From NCBI GenBank assembly GCA_964016885.1, contig OZ024745.1, positions 84,258,001 to 84,322,000 of the forward strand: 64,000 nucleotides of DNA, given 5' to 3'. The position numbers and the translations under genes are program-made. This document shows, in pieces, positions 1 through 12,148 of the stretch. Position 1 is the stretch's first letter. The number at the start of each line of letters is the position of its first letter. The notes under the pieces are model-generated. The model made no database searches. It saw only the letters and a list, made by a program, of their open reading frames with translations, and had not been told where the DNA came from. The stretch is from Eledone cirrhosa. Lineage: Eukaryota.

Positions 1-445
1 TGGAGTCTATTAATAGGTACTAAAGGAGTTCATATCATGATGATTACAATCTGGAGATCAAATCTCTCATATAAGGACACCAGTCTGGCCATCAAGCAAT
101 ACATAAACTCCCATCTCACATATAAATTAAATTAGGTATCTTATCTACAAATTAGAGTGGAGTCTATTAATAAGTACTAAAGGAGTTCATATCATGATGA
201 TTACAATCCAATATGGAGTGCCACACCTGGACAATCTATAGGAAGAGTCAGACTACAAAATTAATTATATGGGTCTCACTACTAATAATGGTCTTATTAT
301 CATACAAGACTCCCGGCAAGATTCAGGTCATAGTACGGCTGCATCCCCGGTAAATTCACCAGGGTGGTCTGGGGGCCAGTTCTCTCATCAAAAGATACCA
401 ATCAGGTCATCAAGCAACACAGAAACTCCTAACTCATGTATTACC
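1..445. repeat. Diverged ~157-bp tandem unit, probably in the 3' region of the adjacent Penelope-like element
   Basis: TGGAGTCTATTAAT..GATTACAATC at 1-51 recurs at 158-208; GACACCAGTCTGGCCATCAAGCAA (76) recurs degenerate at ~394. Confidence 0.6.
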
Positions 446-793
446 TGTGCATAATTCATTGAACTGATCGTATATAGTATATATTCACATAACAATAAGA
501 TTACCTATCTAATCATCAATCTATCTCTTGGTGGCATTCCATGCACAGGATTATGTTATCACAACCAATACCGTGTCTACAGTTTATATTAATCATATAT
601 TTGTGCAATGCAGTTTAAGTAGTCCACGGCCGAGATATCAGAATTAGAAGTACATGGGGGTATTCCCAGGGTAGATGGTACTAAAATGCTGCCAGTATTA
701 CCCTTAGAGTATATAAATGGGTGTGGAGATGAGGTGTAAGGTGTGCTACTGATGCTAATTGCTAGGGGTGGTGACGGTTCCAGTCTGACATTT

Positions 794-1888
794 TTATATA
801 TAGGGTTTAAAGTTTTGGAACGAGTGTCGGAAGCGGTGTTGGCAAGATGCGAACACTTCTGATTTTTTATTAAGGAGATTATGGTTAGAGAAGATGATAT
901 TATGGGTCTCTAGTAGACAGAGGTTACAAAATTTATTAGGTGGTTTGTACGATGTTGCACTACCTACCACTTCCCATTTAAGTGTATATATTTTATTTTT
1001 AGTTTTTAGATAGTGTATGTAGCTATATAGTGAAGTGGAGTTGGCTAGACTGTGTTTTTTGAAAGAGTGGAGGTGCGAATTGTATCTAGGTTTGAAGCAG
1101 TTAGAGGTAGAGCCTATATAGGTTTCAGAAGAGTTGTTAGTTGTGACTGTACATGAGTATATGATATTCTTGGTTAAGCATTTTTTATCTAAAGGGCAGG
1201 TTCTATTTGATCTACAGTTACAATTATTCTGGGTGCTTGTCTGCCGGTTACTATGCTGTGTAGAAGTTTGGATGTTAGCTATAGGGTTATGGTTATGTGG
1301 GTTGTCGTACGCAGCGTTAATGTTTACACTAGTACTAATACTATTATTTCCATTGATATTATGGTTAGTTGCTATAATGTTATTTTGAATGTTATTTTGA
1401 ATGTTTATCGTCTGCTGTGATTTAGTTTGTTGGAAGTAAGAATTAATTTTTCTTTTATTACTACTAGCTATGTGGTATGCTAAGTTAGGCGTAGTAGAGT
1501 ATGAGATTTTAATAGTGTTTTTGTTTAAAAGGCTATGGTACCTGTGGCCGGATGGCAAGTGTTTATCCAGTAGTGAGAAGAAAGCCCTAGGTAGGTTGGT
1601 AGAGACGTTTAGATTGAAAGGAGGGTTGAAAAATGTATTATTTCTTCTTCTATTTCTGTTTTTTATGTCTGGTGATTTGTTTCCTTTAATGCTACTATGG
1701 TAATTTCTGTGGTGTGGGTTACTTTTGTTGTTACCATCCCTATTAGTGTGTGTGTGGTTGCTATTCCTATTATTAAATTTTCCCATGGATATGCTGTGTG
1801 AAATAATGTTGTAGCTATGCGTTTTTGTAGGTAGGAACTCTATCCCTGTATTATGGCCTGATCTAGCTAATGCCTGATTATAATACTG
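794..1888 (-). mobile_element. Penelope-like element, 5'-truncated: linker plus GIY-YIG endonuclease
   Basis: YYNQALARSG, FFNPPFN, CNC..CPLDKKCL.KNIIY...TYIGST..FKPRYNSH, CNLCLLE; collinear with the PLE at 34312-35748. Confidence 0.9.
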
Positions 1889-4885
1889 AATGACAAAAAA
1901 CCTCCTGACAACGGGAGATATTTTGAAAATCTCTAAACATTTTTCAATCCAATTGTGTGGCAAATGCTTTTTTATAATCTATCTAAGCAATTGATAGATT
2001 TTTATGTCTATTATGACAATCTTCCAGTATCATTTTGTTAACCAAAAGCTGATCCTTACAGCCATATGAGCCTCGTTTACATCCTTTCTGCTCATTGGGA
2101 AATAGGTCATTTGTTATCAGGTGGTCATATGTATATTCAGTTAGGACTGATGTTAACATTTTAAACATTGTGGTCAAGCAAGTTATCGGTCTGTAATTTT
2201 GGGGATTGTTTGTCTCATCATTCTTCGGAAGCAGGAATGTAATGCCGTTAACTAGCCATGATGGTATCTTTTCTGGCTCCTTAACTATTTCATTGTAAAG
2301 TTGGGCTCACAGCTCATGAGACTCTGTGAAGGCATTTATCCAAAAATTTTGTATTTTGTCTTTTCCTGGGGATTTCCATTTGCTGGTTTTTCTTAGAGCC
2401 AAACGCAACTGTTCAACTGTTATATTTTCCCACATTTGTTCCTGAAGGTGAGCTGTATCTTTCATTTGTCTGTCTATCCATGGGGCATGTATATTATGAA
2501 TTTTTTCTTCGGCCCAGATCTTTTCCCAGAATTCTTGCACTTCCTCCTTGGGTGGTTTTGATTTAGCAGTTATTGTTGACTTACCGATTTTTCTGTAGAA
2601 GTTTCTTTGGTTGTTTTTGAACATATTATTGTCCTTATAGAATCTAGATCGTTTTCCAAACCGCCTTATACGAGCAGGTTTGGTCGACACTTTTAGGTTG
2701 ATTATTTCTATCAGTATGTCTATGTCACATGTTGATTTTATACTGTACTTTCTTTTCAATTTTCTAAGTTTAGTTTGTTTAACATATTCACCTACTTTAT
2801 AGTTTGTTAAAATTTCTATGTCAGATCGCAGAAGGTTTATTTGGCGATTGATGTTCTCTTGCCAAGTAGATTTTTTGTGGGAATTCCTTTGTTTTTTCAT
2901 CTTCACTCCACATAAGTGAGTGGTGACTTTAGCCGATGCATAATAGAAATGATTTAAATCAGTAATGTTTAGTTTGTTTGTGATGATAATGTTTTTGAGA
3001 ATTATGTTAGTCTTGTGTATTATCTTTTGGTTCTGTTTGGAGTTCTGGATCTTAGGGAGGGTGTCTCGTTCCCCCATGTCAGATTCTTTCATTTTCATCC
3101 ATTCGATCATAATTTCATCCTTCAAGTTGGCAAGTTCATTCTCATTCATTTCTTTATCATTTACGATCTCATTGTTTTCATTTGGAGTTTTATCTTGAGC
3201 ATGCACTCCCTCCACTTTTTCGATCCTTTCTTTAATTTGTTCTGTTGTCAGTGATTCCGCCTCAACACTGGGATTCGAAGTGTTACAATTTACCTCGTTT
3301 TCATTGACACATATTTCATTTTCCCTTCGCTGACTTTGTGCTAATAGCTTGATCTGATCAATTTCTATATCAGTTAGTAACTTTTTTTTTACAATATTTC
3401 TTCGTATATTGGCTAGCTTGTTACTGTCAATATAGCCTCTGTTTTCGGGATGTTTCTTTTTCCAGTTGATATATGTCTGTTCTGTATTCGATGTATTTGA
3501 TGGGTAGTACATGGCAGTGTAGAAAGCCTCAAGGACTTCTTTATTATCTTCCCTTGACCATTTTTCTCTCTTTTTCTTTGGATTTCTTGGTGGTGAGCAT
3601 GGAGGGCCAACAGTAGGAGTATTCCGGTTATGGGAGGTCTCCAGCTCCGAAGTGATGGGAAGGTTTGAACTGATTTTTCGACCCCAGTCTGGTTCCTCTC
3701 TGAGGGACGCGGCCCTTTTTGACCCAGGTGACGGCCGATCCGGTATGAGATTTTATCATTAGACATTTACTTTATTTTGTCGCATTTTATCCTTATCTGC
3801 CAAGGGGTAATCATTTCGTGTTACCACTTCTAGGACGAGTGTCAACCAAGACTAGAGGGGTCGTCCTCCCCTAGTGACACGGCTATTCCCCGCCGGCCGC
3901 CATCCCGTATTTCTTGGTCACGGGGTTTTCTTTTTTGTTGTTTTTTAATGTGGTTCCTTAATGTGAGCATTGCGTGGCTTAAGAATGAAATTATTAATAA
4001 TATAATATACTTTTCGCTGAAGTTGCCTCTTATTGTTGTTGGCTATGTCGGTGGTGGTGCTGGGGCTTTTTATATTGTTGATGAGGAAGGGGGGAGCCAG
4101 CAGTGCCATAGGTGTTGACGTTTGGCCGGTGGCCGGGTCACTATATCAATATATTTATATCTTTTGCTAGCCTCTCCCGTGTCTAGTGATACCGCCACCT
4201 TCCCCTTTCTTAAGTTAACAGAAGGTAATGGGGGAATAGTAGTGGTAGCAATGAAGGAGTGGTGGCGGCTGTGATGGGATAGTGGTGGTAATGATGGATG
4301 GAGTGGTGGCGGCGGTGACTATAGTGATGGCGTTGTCGTTACTGAGTGTTGTTGAATAGACTGTAGTTTTGTTTGATGTGTATCTATGCGTTTGTCGTAT
4401 ATGTTTAACATATGTGTTGACATATTCCTTAATATTGGAATTAAACATTTTGTTAAAACTTGAGACAATAATAATAGTAATTATTATTATTATGCTGAGA
4501 TTGGTGGTGGTGGTGTTGAATTGCCGTTCTCTGGCTATTGTATTTAGTGTACACAGGGGGGTGATGAGGTAGGTGGTGTATCTAGTTTCTGGTGTTGGTG
4601 AAATTGCTGTTATTTGGCTGTTCTATATGGCGTAGACAGACGGGGTTTTCTTCCATTTATAACCATTTTCTTTTTTTAATATAAAATGTATAATACAAAG
4701 TTGAATATTTGAGCGATTTAACAATATATTATGGATACGAATTTTTCTGAGACTTGAGTCGGATGCTTTATGTATCATTTGTACTAAGAATTGTTATTTC
4801 ACAATTGATTTAAATATGTTAAAAATCAAAAACTTACGGGAGCGATTTCTCGACCTTCTATCCACTATGTGTGCCTTCTATCCAC
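1883..4885 (-). mobile_element. Dong/R4-like non-LTR retrotransposon family A, 5' portion (long leader, N-terminal ORF, start of RT), degenerate
   Basis: Closely matches 8218-11228; ORFs 3413-3766, 2307-3512, 1983-2177 (KSPGKDKI, EQKGCKRGSYGCKDQLL); ends at (TTA)n. Confidence 0.9.
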
Positions 4886-4906
4886 CAATTATTATTATTA
4901 TTATTA

Positions 4907-5770
4907 TTTGCATTTATCTTGCTTTATGTTTATACGAGTTATCACCAAGTCACAACCAGTGACCTCAAGAGACAACAAGGTCCGCCATGTTCAAGAAAGA
5001 ACATACATATTCACACATGCATCCTTAGTGTTTAGACTTGTGATGTACTTATATTGACAGGATCTTCCTTAGTATATGGGCAGTTCCCATTAGTACTATC
5101 TTTTGTATTTCTCCTATACGCGGGTTTCCTGGGATTTGCGATAAGTAATCATTAGATATCATTCCTAGAGCGCCTACAACCACTGGTATTGTTTTAGTTC
5201 TCAATTTCCACATTTTTCCAATGTCTATCTCCAGGTCCTTATACTTGCTCAATTTTTAAAATGTTTTTATAGATACATTCTTGTCTATTGGAACAGACAT
5301 ATCAATTAGCAGGCATACCCTCTTTTGAAAGTCTTTCAATATTATATCAGGTCTGTTTGCATCTATTTTTCGGTCTGTTTGGATGCTAAAGTTCCACAAG
5401 ATTGAGATATGATCTTTTTCAAGTATGGGAGGTGGTTGATGCTCCCACCAATTCTTTTGATGGGGCAGGTCAAAATGCTTACACATTATCCAATGTATGT
5501 ATTGTGCAGCTCTGTCATGCCTGTTTAGGTATTCGGTTGGAGCTATAGGACTGCACATTGAAATTATATGGTCAATGGTCTCTGGTTGTTTTTTACATAC
5601 ACGGCATAATGGGATGCACCCATTTTTTATTATGTTGGCTTGGTAATTTTTTGTTGGCAGACACTGATCTTGTGCCGATATAATCAGTCCTTCAGTCTCC
5701 GATTTCAGTCCAGAGGATGCCAACCACTGATGGGTTAAAGTTTTGTCAACATCAGGATTGTTAGCTCTCT
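4907..5770 (-). mobile_element. Dong/R4-like family A, 5'-truncated 3' fragment (CCHC knuckle, RLE endonuclease, 3' UTR)
   Basis: CRVCKKQPETIDHIISMC, RHD, RPDIIL..LLIDMSVP..SKYKDL; (TTA)n on both sides. Confidence 0.92.
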
Positions 5771-5778
5771 ATTATTAA

Positions 5779-5820
<42 letters not shown>

Positions 5821-5828
5821 TATTATTC
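5771..5828. repeat. (TTA)n microsatellite, LINE target or tail
   Basis: Direct; similar tracts at 4888-4906, 6322-6345, 11228-11280, 20789-20850, 24569-24601, 24874-24912. Confidence 0.97.
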
Positions 5829-6321
5829 CTTGAATCTCAGTCATTGATGTTGGTTAACTGGAAAGTCCGTTGGAATGAATATCAAGCCACTACCTGCAGC
5901 CTCAGATATTCAGGACGTATCCGAGGGTTCTTACTGTTCCCAGCAAGCATGCCTTTTGAAGCGTTCCAAAAAGCGTGAAGGGGCCGATTTTCTTTAACCA
6001 TCCCTGGAAACTTTTGGAGATAGTCCCCAGTGCGCCTATGACAATCGGGATCACTTTGACTTCATGGCATTTCCAAATCCTTTTTACCTCCCACTTTAAG
6101 TCCTGGTATCGGTTAATTTTCTCCCTATCCTTCTCTTGCATTCTCGTGTCGAATGGGCAGGCCACATCCACAATCAGACACGATCTTTTTTCTTTGTCCA
6201 CAACCACCAGATCGGGTCTATTGTGTTCCAGTTTCTTGTCCGTCTGTATCCTAAAATCGCACAGCACCTTCACCTGATCGTTCTCCATCACCGCCTCTGG
6301 CCTATGCTCATACCATTTCTC
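5829..6321 (-). mobile_element. Dong/R4-like family B, 5'-truncated 3' fragment (RLE endonuclease)
   Basis: RPDLVVVD..LIVDVACP..EKINRYQDL..PIVIGALG; nearly identical to 20852-21351; (TTA)n on both sides. Confidence 0.92.
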
Positions 6322-6345
6322 ATATTATTATTATTATTATTATTA

Positions 6346-9300
6346 CAGTTGCATTTATCTTGCTTTATGTTCATACGAGTTATCACCAAGTCACAACCAG
6401 TGACCTCAAGAGACAACAAGGTCCGCCATGTTCAAGAAAGAACATACATACTCACACATGCATCTTTAGTGTTTAGACTTGTGATGTACTTATATTGACA
6501 GTATCTTACTTAGTATATGGGCAGTTCCCATTAGTACTATCTTTTGTATTTCTCCTATACGCGGGTTTCCTGGGATTTGCGATAAGTAATCAATAGACCC
6601 CTTAGGTATCATTCCCAGAGCGCCTACAACCACTGGTATTGTTTTGGTTCTCAATTTCCACATTTTTCCAATTTCTATCTCCAGGTCCTTATACTTGCTC
6701 AATTTTTAAAATGTTTTTATAGATACATTCTTGTCTATTGGAACAGACATATCAATTAGCAGGCATACCCTCTTTTTAAAGTCCTTCAATATTATATCAG
6801 GTCTATTTGCATCTATTTTTCGGTCTGTTTGGATGCTAAAGTTCCACAGGATTGAGATGTGATCTTTTTCAAGTATGGGAGGTGGTTGATGCTCCCACCA
6901 ATTCTTTTGATGGGGCAGGTCAAAATGCTTACATATTATCCAATGTATGTATTGTGCAGCTCTGTCATGCCTGTTTAGGTATTCGGTTGGAGCTATAGGA
7001 CTGCACATTGAAATTATATGGTCAATGGTCTCTGGTTGTTTTTTGCATACACGGCATAATGGGCTGCATCCATTTTTTATTATGTTGGCTTGGTAATTTT
7101 TTGTTGGCAGACACTGATCTTGTGCTGATATAATCAGTCCTTCAGTCTCCGATTTCAGTCCAGAGGATGCCAACCACTGATGGGTTAAAGTTTTGTCAAC
7201 ATCAGGATTGTTAGCTCGCTCTGGGTATTTTCCATACAGAGGCTTTTCTTGTAATTTCTTAGCCAGTTTCTGTAGCAGTTCTTTCTTTGCAGTTACTTTT
7301 ACCTGCTTTGCTTTTTCTGTTTTCCATTTCAGCAGTAAATGGGACTTCTGAAATTTGTAGTCCATTACTGTATCTTTGTGCATCTTTTGTAATGGAATAT
7401 GATCGTTTGATGCTTTCGTATTTCAAAACGAGTTTGATCATCCAATCGTGTGATTCCCTTAGATATGTAGATAATCCAATTGTCGCAGTTTTCAACGCAA
7501 TGTCTAACTGGATTAACCCACGTCCTCCTTCTTTCCTTGGAGATATATTCTATCTATATCTGCGTTAGGGTGATGCATTCTGTGCATGGTTAAGAATTTT
7601 CGAATTTTTGTATCGACCAGTTGATGACATTGTAACTGTAGGTTACTACTGGTATGGCAAGCGTGTTTATGGCATCGATCCTATTCCTTGCATTCAATTC
7701 CGTTCTTAAGATTGCTCTTACTCTGCGGTAACATTCCTTCCTTATCCTTTCCCTCATTGTCGAGTGCTTGATTCCGTTTCCTTCACAAACACCTAGATAT
7801 TTGTAAGTTTTTTCTTGATCAAGTTCTCTTATCACGTTCCCCCGATCAAGATTAATGTCTGAACTCTTCAGCAGCTTTCCTCTGGTGAACGTTGCTTTGG
7901 CGCATTTATCTAGTCCAAACTCCATTTTAATGTCATCACTGAACTGCTCCACAGTGGATAATAGCCCTTGCAATTGTTCATCATTTTTTGCAAATAGTTT
8001 CAGGTCATCCATGTAGAACAGGTGATTAATGGTTTTGTCATAGGCTTTATATCCATGTTTTGTTTCATTGAGCATTTTACTTAATGGTATAAGTGCGATG
8101 CAGAATAAAAGCGGTGATAAAGAGTCACCCTGAAAAATTCCACAATTAATATTAACTTCTCCAGCTTCCAGTGATTTTGTTTCACTATTCAAAAGGAGTG
8201 TCGTTTTCCATGTATTCATACTGAATGACAAAAACCTCCTGACAACGGGGGATATTTTGAAAATCTCTAAACATTTTTCAATCCAACTGTGTGGCAAAGT
8301 ATCGAATGCTTTTTTATAATCTATCCAAGCAATCGATAGATTTTTGTGTCTATTATGACAATCTTCCAGTATCATTTTGTTAACCAGAAGCTGATCCTTA
8401 CAGCCATATGAGCCTCGTTTACACCCTTTCTGCTCAATGGGAAATAGGTCATTTGTTATCAGGTGGTCATATGTGTATTCAGTTAGGACTGATGTTAAAA
8501 TTGTATACATTGTGGTCAAGCAAGTTATCGGTCTGTAATTTTTGGGATTGTTTGTCTCATCATTCTTCGGAAGCAGGAATGTAATACCGTTAACTAGCCA
8601 TGATGGTATCTTTTCTGGCTCCTTAACTATTTCATTGTAAAGTTGGGCTAACAGCTCATGAGACTCTGTGAAGGCATTTATCCAAAAGTTTTGGGGATTT
8701 CCATTTGCTGGTTTTTCTTAGAGCCAAGCGCAACTGTTCAACTGTTATATTTTCCCATATTTGTTCCTCAAGGTGAGCTGTATCTTTCATTTGTCTGTCT
8801 ATCCATGGGGCATGTATGTTATGAACTTTTTCTTCGGCCTAGATCTTTTCCCAGAATTCTTGCACTTCCTCCTTGGGTGGTATTGATTTAGCAGTTATTG
8901 TTGACTTACCAATTTTTCTGTAGAAGTTTCTTTGGTTGTTTTTGAACATATTATTGTCCTTATAGAATCTAGATCGTTTTTCAAAGCGCCTTATACGAGC
9001 AACTTTGGCCGACACTTTTTGCTTGATTATTTCTATCAGCATGTCTATGTCACATGTTGATTTTATACTGTACTTTTTTTTCAATTTTCTAAGTTTAGTT
9101 TGTTTAACATGTTCACCTACTTTATAGTTTGTTAAAATTTCTATGTCAGATCGGAGAAGGTTTATTTGGCGATTGATCTTCTCTTGCCAAGTAGATTTCT
9201 TGTGGGAATTCTTTTGTTTTTTCATCTTCACTCCACATAAGTGAGTGGTGACTTTAGCCGATGCATAATAGAAATGATTTAAATCAGTAATGTTTAGTTT

Positions 9301-11227
9301 GTTTGTGATGATAATGTTTTTGAGAATTATGTTAGTCTTGTGTATTATCTTTTGGTTCTGTTTGGACTTCTGGATCTTAGGGAGGGTGTCTCGTTCCCCC
9401 ATGTCAGATTCTTTCATTTTCATCCATTCGATCATAATTTCATACTTCAAGTTGGCAAGTTCATTCTCATTCATTTCTTTATCATTTACGATCTCATTGT
9501 TTTCATTTGGAGTTTTATCTTGAGCATGCACTCCCTCAACTTTTTCGATCCTTTCTTTAATTTGTTCTGTTGCCAGTGATTCCGCCCGAACCCTGGGGTT
9601 CGAAGTGTTACAGTTTACCTCATTTTCACTGACACATGTTTCATTTTCCCTTCGCTGACTTTGTGCTAATAGCTTGATCTGATCAATTTCTATATCAGTT
9701 AGTAACTTTTTTCTTACAATATTTCTTCGTATATTGGCTAGCTTGTTACTGTCAATATACCCTCTGTTTTCGGGATGTTTCTTTTTCCAGTTGATATATG
9801 TCTGTTCTGTATTCGATGTATTTGATGGGTAGTACATGGCAGTGTAGTAAGCCTCAATGACTTCTTTATTATCTTCCCTTGACAATTTTCTCTCTTTTTC
9901 TTTGGATTTTTGGTATGAGCATGGAGGGTCAACAGTAGGAGTATTCCGGTTATGGGAGGTCTCCAGCTCCGAAGTGATGGGAAGGTTTGAACCATTAGCT
10001 GATTTTTCGACCCCAGTCTGGTTCCTCTCTGAGGGACGCGGCCCTTTTTTACCCGGGTGACGGCCGATCCGGTATGAGATTTTATCATTAGACATTTACT
10101 TTATTTTGTCGCGTTTTATCCTTATCCGCCAAGGGGTAATCATTTCGTGTTACCACTTCTAGAACGAGTGTCAACCAAGACTAGAGGGGTCGTTCTCCCC
10201 TAGAGACACGGCTATTCCCCGCCGGCCGCCATCCCGGTATTTCTTTGTCACTGGGTTTTCTTTTTGTTGTTTTTTTTAAATTGTTATTATCATGAGTGGT
10301 TCCTTAATGTGAGCATTGCGTGGCTTAAGAATGAAATTATTAATAATTGTCTCCACTCCAGGCACAAAGCCAGCAATCACCCAGTGCATTACAATAATAT
10401 AATATACTTTTTGCTGTCGTTGCCTGTTATTGTTGTTGGCTATGTCGGTGGTGGTGCCGGGGCTTTTTATATTGTTGGTGAGGAAGGGGTGAGCCAGCAG
10501 TCCCATAGTTGTTGCTGTTGACGTTTGGCCGGTGGCCAGGTCACTAAGTCAATCTATTTATATCTTTTGCTAGCCTCTCCCTTGTCTAGTGATACCGCCA
10601 CCTTCCCCTTTCTCTATCAAGTTAACAAGGGAATAGTGGTGGTAGCAATGAAGGAGTGGTGGTGGCGGCGATGGGATAGTGGTAGCAAGATGATGGATGG
10701 GGTGGTGGTGGCGTTGTGGTTACTGGGTTTTGTGATATGAGTTTGTGTTCGTATGTTTAATATATATTGTGTTGACATATTCCCGTAAAATTGGAATTAA
10801 ACATTTTGTTAAAATTTGAGACAATAATAATAGTAATTATTATTATCATGCCGGGATTGATGGTGGTGGTGGTGAAATTGCCGTTATCTGGCTGTTATAT
10901 TTAGTGTGATGGGATAGGTGGTGTATCAACTTTCTGGTGTTGGCGAAATTGCTGTTATTTGGCTGTTCTATATAGTGTAGACAGAGGGTGTTTTCTTCCA
11001 TTTATAACCATTTTCTTTTTTTGAATACAAAATATATAATACAAAATTGAATATTTGAGCGATATAACAATATAATATGGATCCGAAATTCTATGGGACT
11101 TCATTCGGTGGATTATGCAACATTTGTACTAAGAATTGTTATTTCACAATTGATTTAAATATGTTAAAAATCAAAAACTTACGGGAGCGATTTCATGACC
11201 TTCTACCACCTCGTGCGTCTTCTTCCC

Positions 11228-11228
<1 letters not shown>
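6346..11228 (-). mobile_element. Dong/R4-like family A, apparently full length (~4.9 kb); single RT-CCHC-RLE ORF broken by frameshifts and stops
   Basis: ORF pieces 8839-10095, 7590-8519 (DYKKAFD, GIFQGDSLSP, FYMDDLKL, YKYLG), 6706-7383, 6490-6702; bounded by (TTA)n; Dong-type elements are known to target (TAA)n. Confidence 0.93.
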
Positions 11229-11280
<52 letters not shown>

Positions 11281-11470
11281 GGATTGACAGTATCAGTAGA
11301 GGGTCGGACGCCATGCTTTGCAGCAAAGAGTTACGGCCCTTTACGGTTTGAGTTCAAATGCCGCCAAGGTTAACTTTGCCTTTCACCCTTACGGGGTCGA
11401 TAAAATAAAGCACCAGTAATACACTGTGATAATTGCTGGCCTTGTGCCAAAAGTAGAAACAATTATTATT
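11281..11470 (+). mobile_element. tRNA-derived SINE with Nin/Deu-like central core
   Basis: B-box-like GAGTTCAAATGCC, core GCCTTTCACCCTTACGGGGTCGATAAAATAAAG, tail TGCTGGCCTTGTGCC..AGAAAC then (ATT)n; several copies in window. Confidence 0.8.
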
Positions 11471-12119
11471 ATTATTACTTTCAAAGTAAAGGGTGTCATG
11501 AATGATACAAAATCAAACATGTCTTGTCTCTAAAAACAGCTCAAGATAGAATTCAGAGAATAAAATCGAGCCTTAATCATTATAAGAAAGTGAATGAAAT
11601 ATATTCATAAGTTTGCACTAAGACATATCAAAACTTAGAACTAGAGACAATCTACACTGAAAGTAAGACTACATAATTCGTTGAGTATCTTATTAAATTT
11701 AATAAAAAGTTTAAAACAAAATACCTGATAAGGATCAAATATATTTCCCTCATATGTATTCTCCACAAAATCAGAATACATTTCACCAAAAAACGACGAA
11801 ATTAGATATTTTGAAACGGATCAGAGACAAGACATATGTTTGATTTTGTATCATTCATGACACCCTTTACTTTGAAAGTAAAAATAATAATATATCTGCT
11901 CCTTATTTGGTGAGCTGTTTATTGTCGAGAGGTCGGACTGCTATTTCTAGCGAACGAGAAGCCTCCATATTGTTGCGAGTGCTAAAATTCATGTGTTGAT
12001 ACCATGTACGTTTAGCCACTTTCAACCCTGCATTGAGTGAGATTAGATGATTTTTAAATTCCCTCACTGATGATCCGTTTCAAAATATCTAATTTCGCCG
12101 TTATTTGGTGAAATGTATT
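11468..12119. mobile_element. Nested inverted repeats carrying two partial copies of one hammerhead (PLE pLTR-like remnant)
   Basis: 11468-11531 inverted vs 11823-11890; 11775-11823 inverted vs 12072-12119; hammerhead 5' half on + at 12059, 3' half on - at 11745-11823. Confidence 0.7.
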
Positions 12120-12148
12120 AATATAGAATATATATATGTATATATATA

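Noticed and set aside
11281-11370. tRNA-like sequence
   Set aside because: No cloverleaf; it is a SINE head
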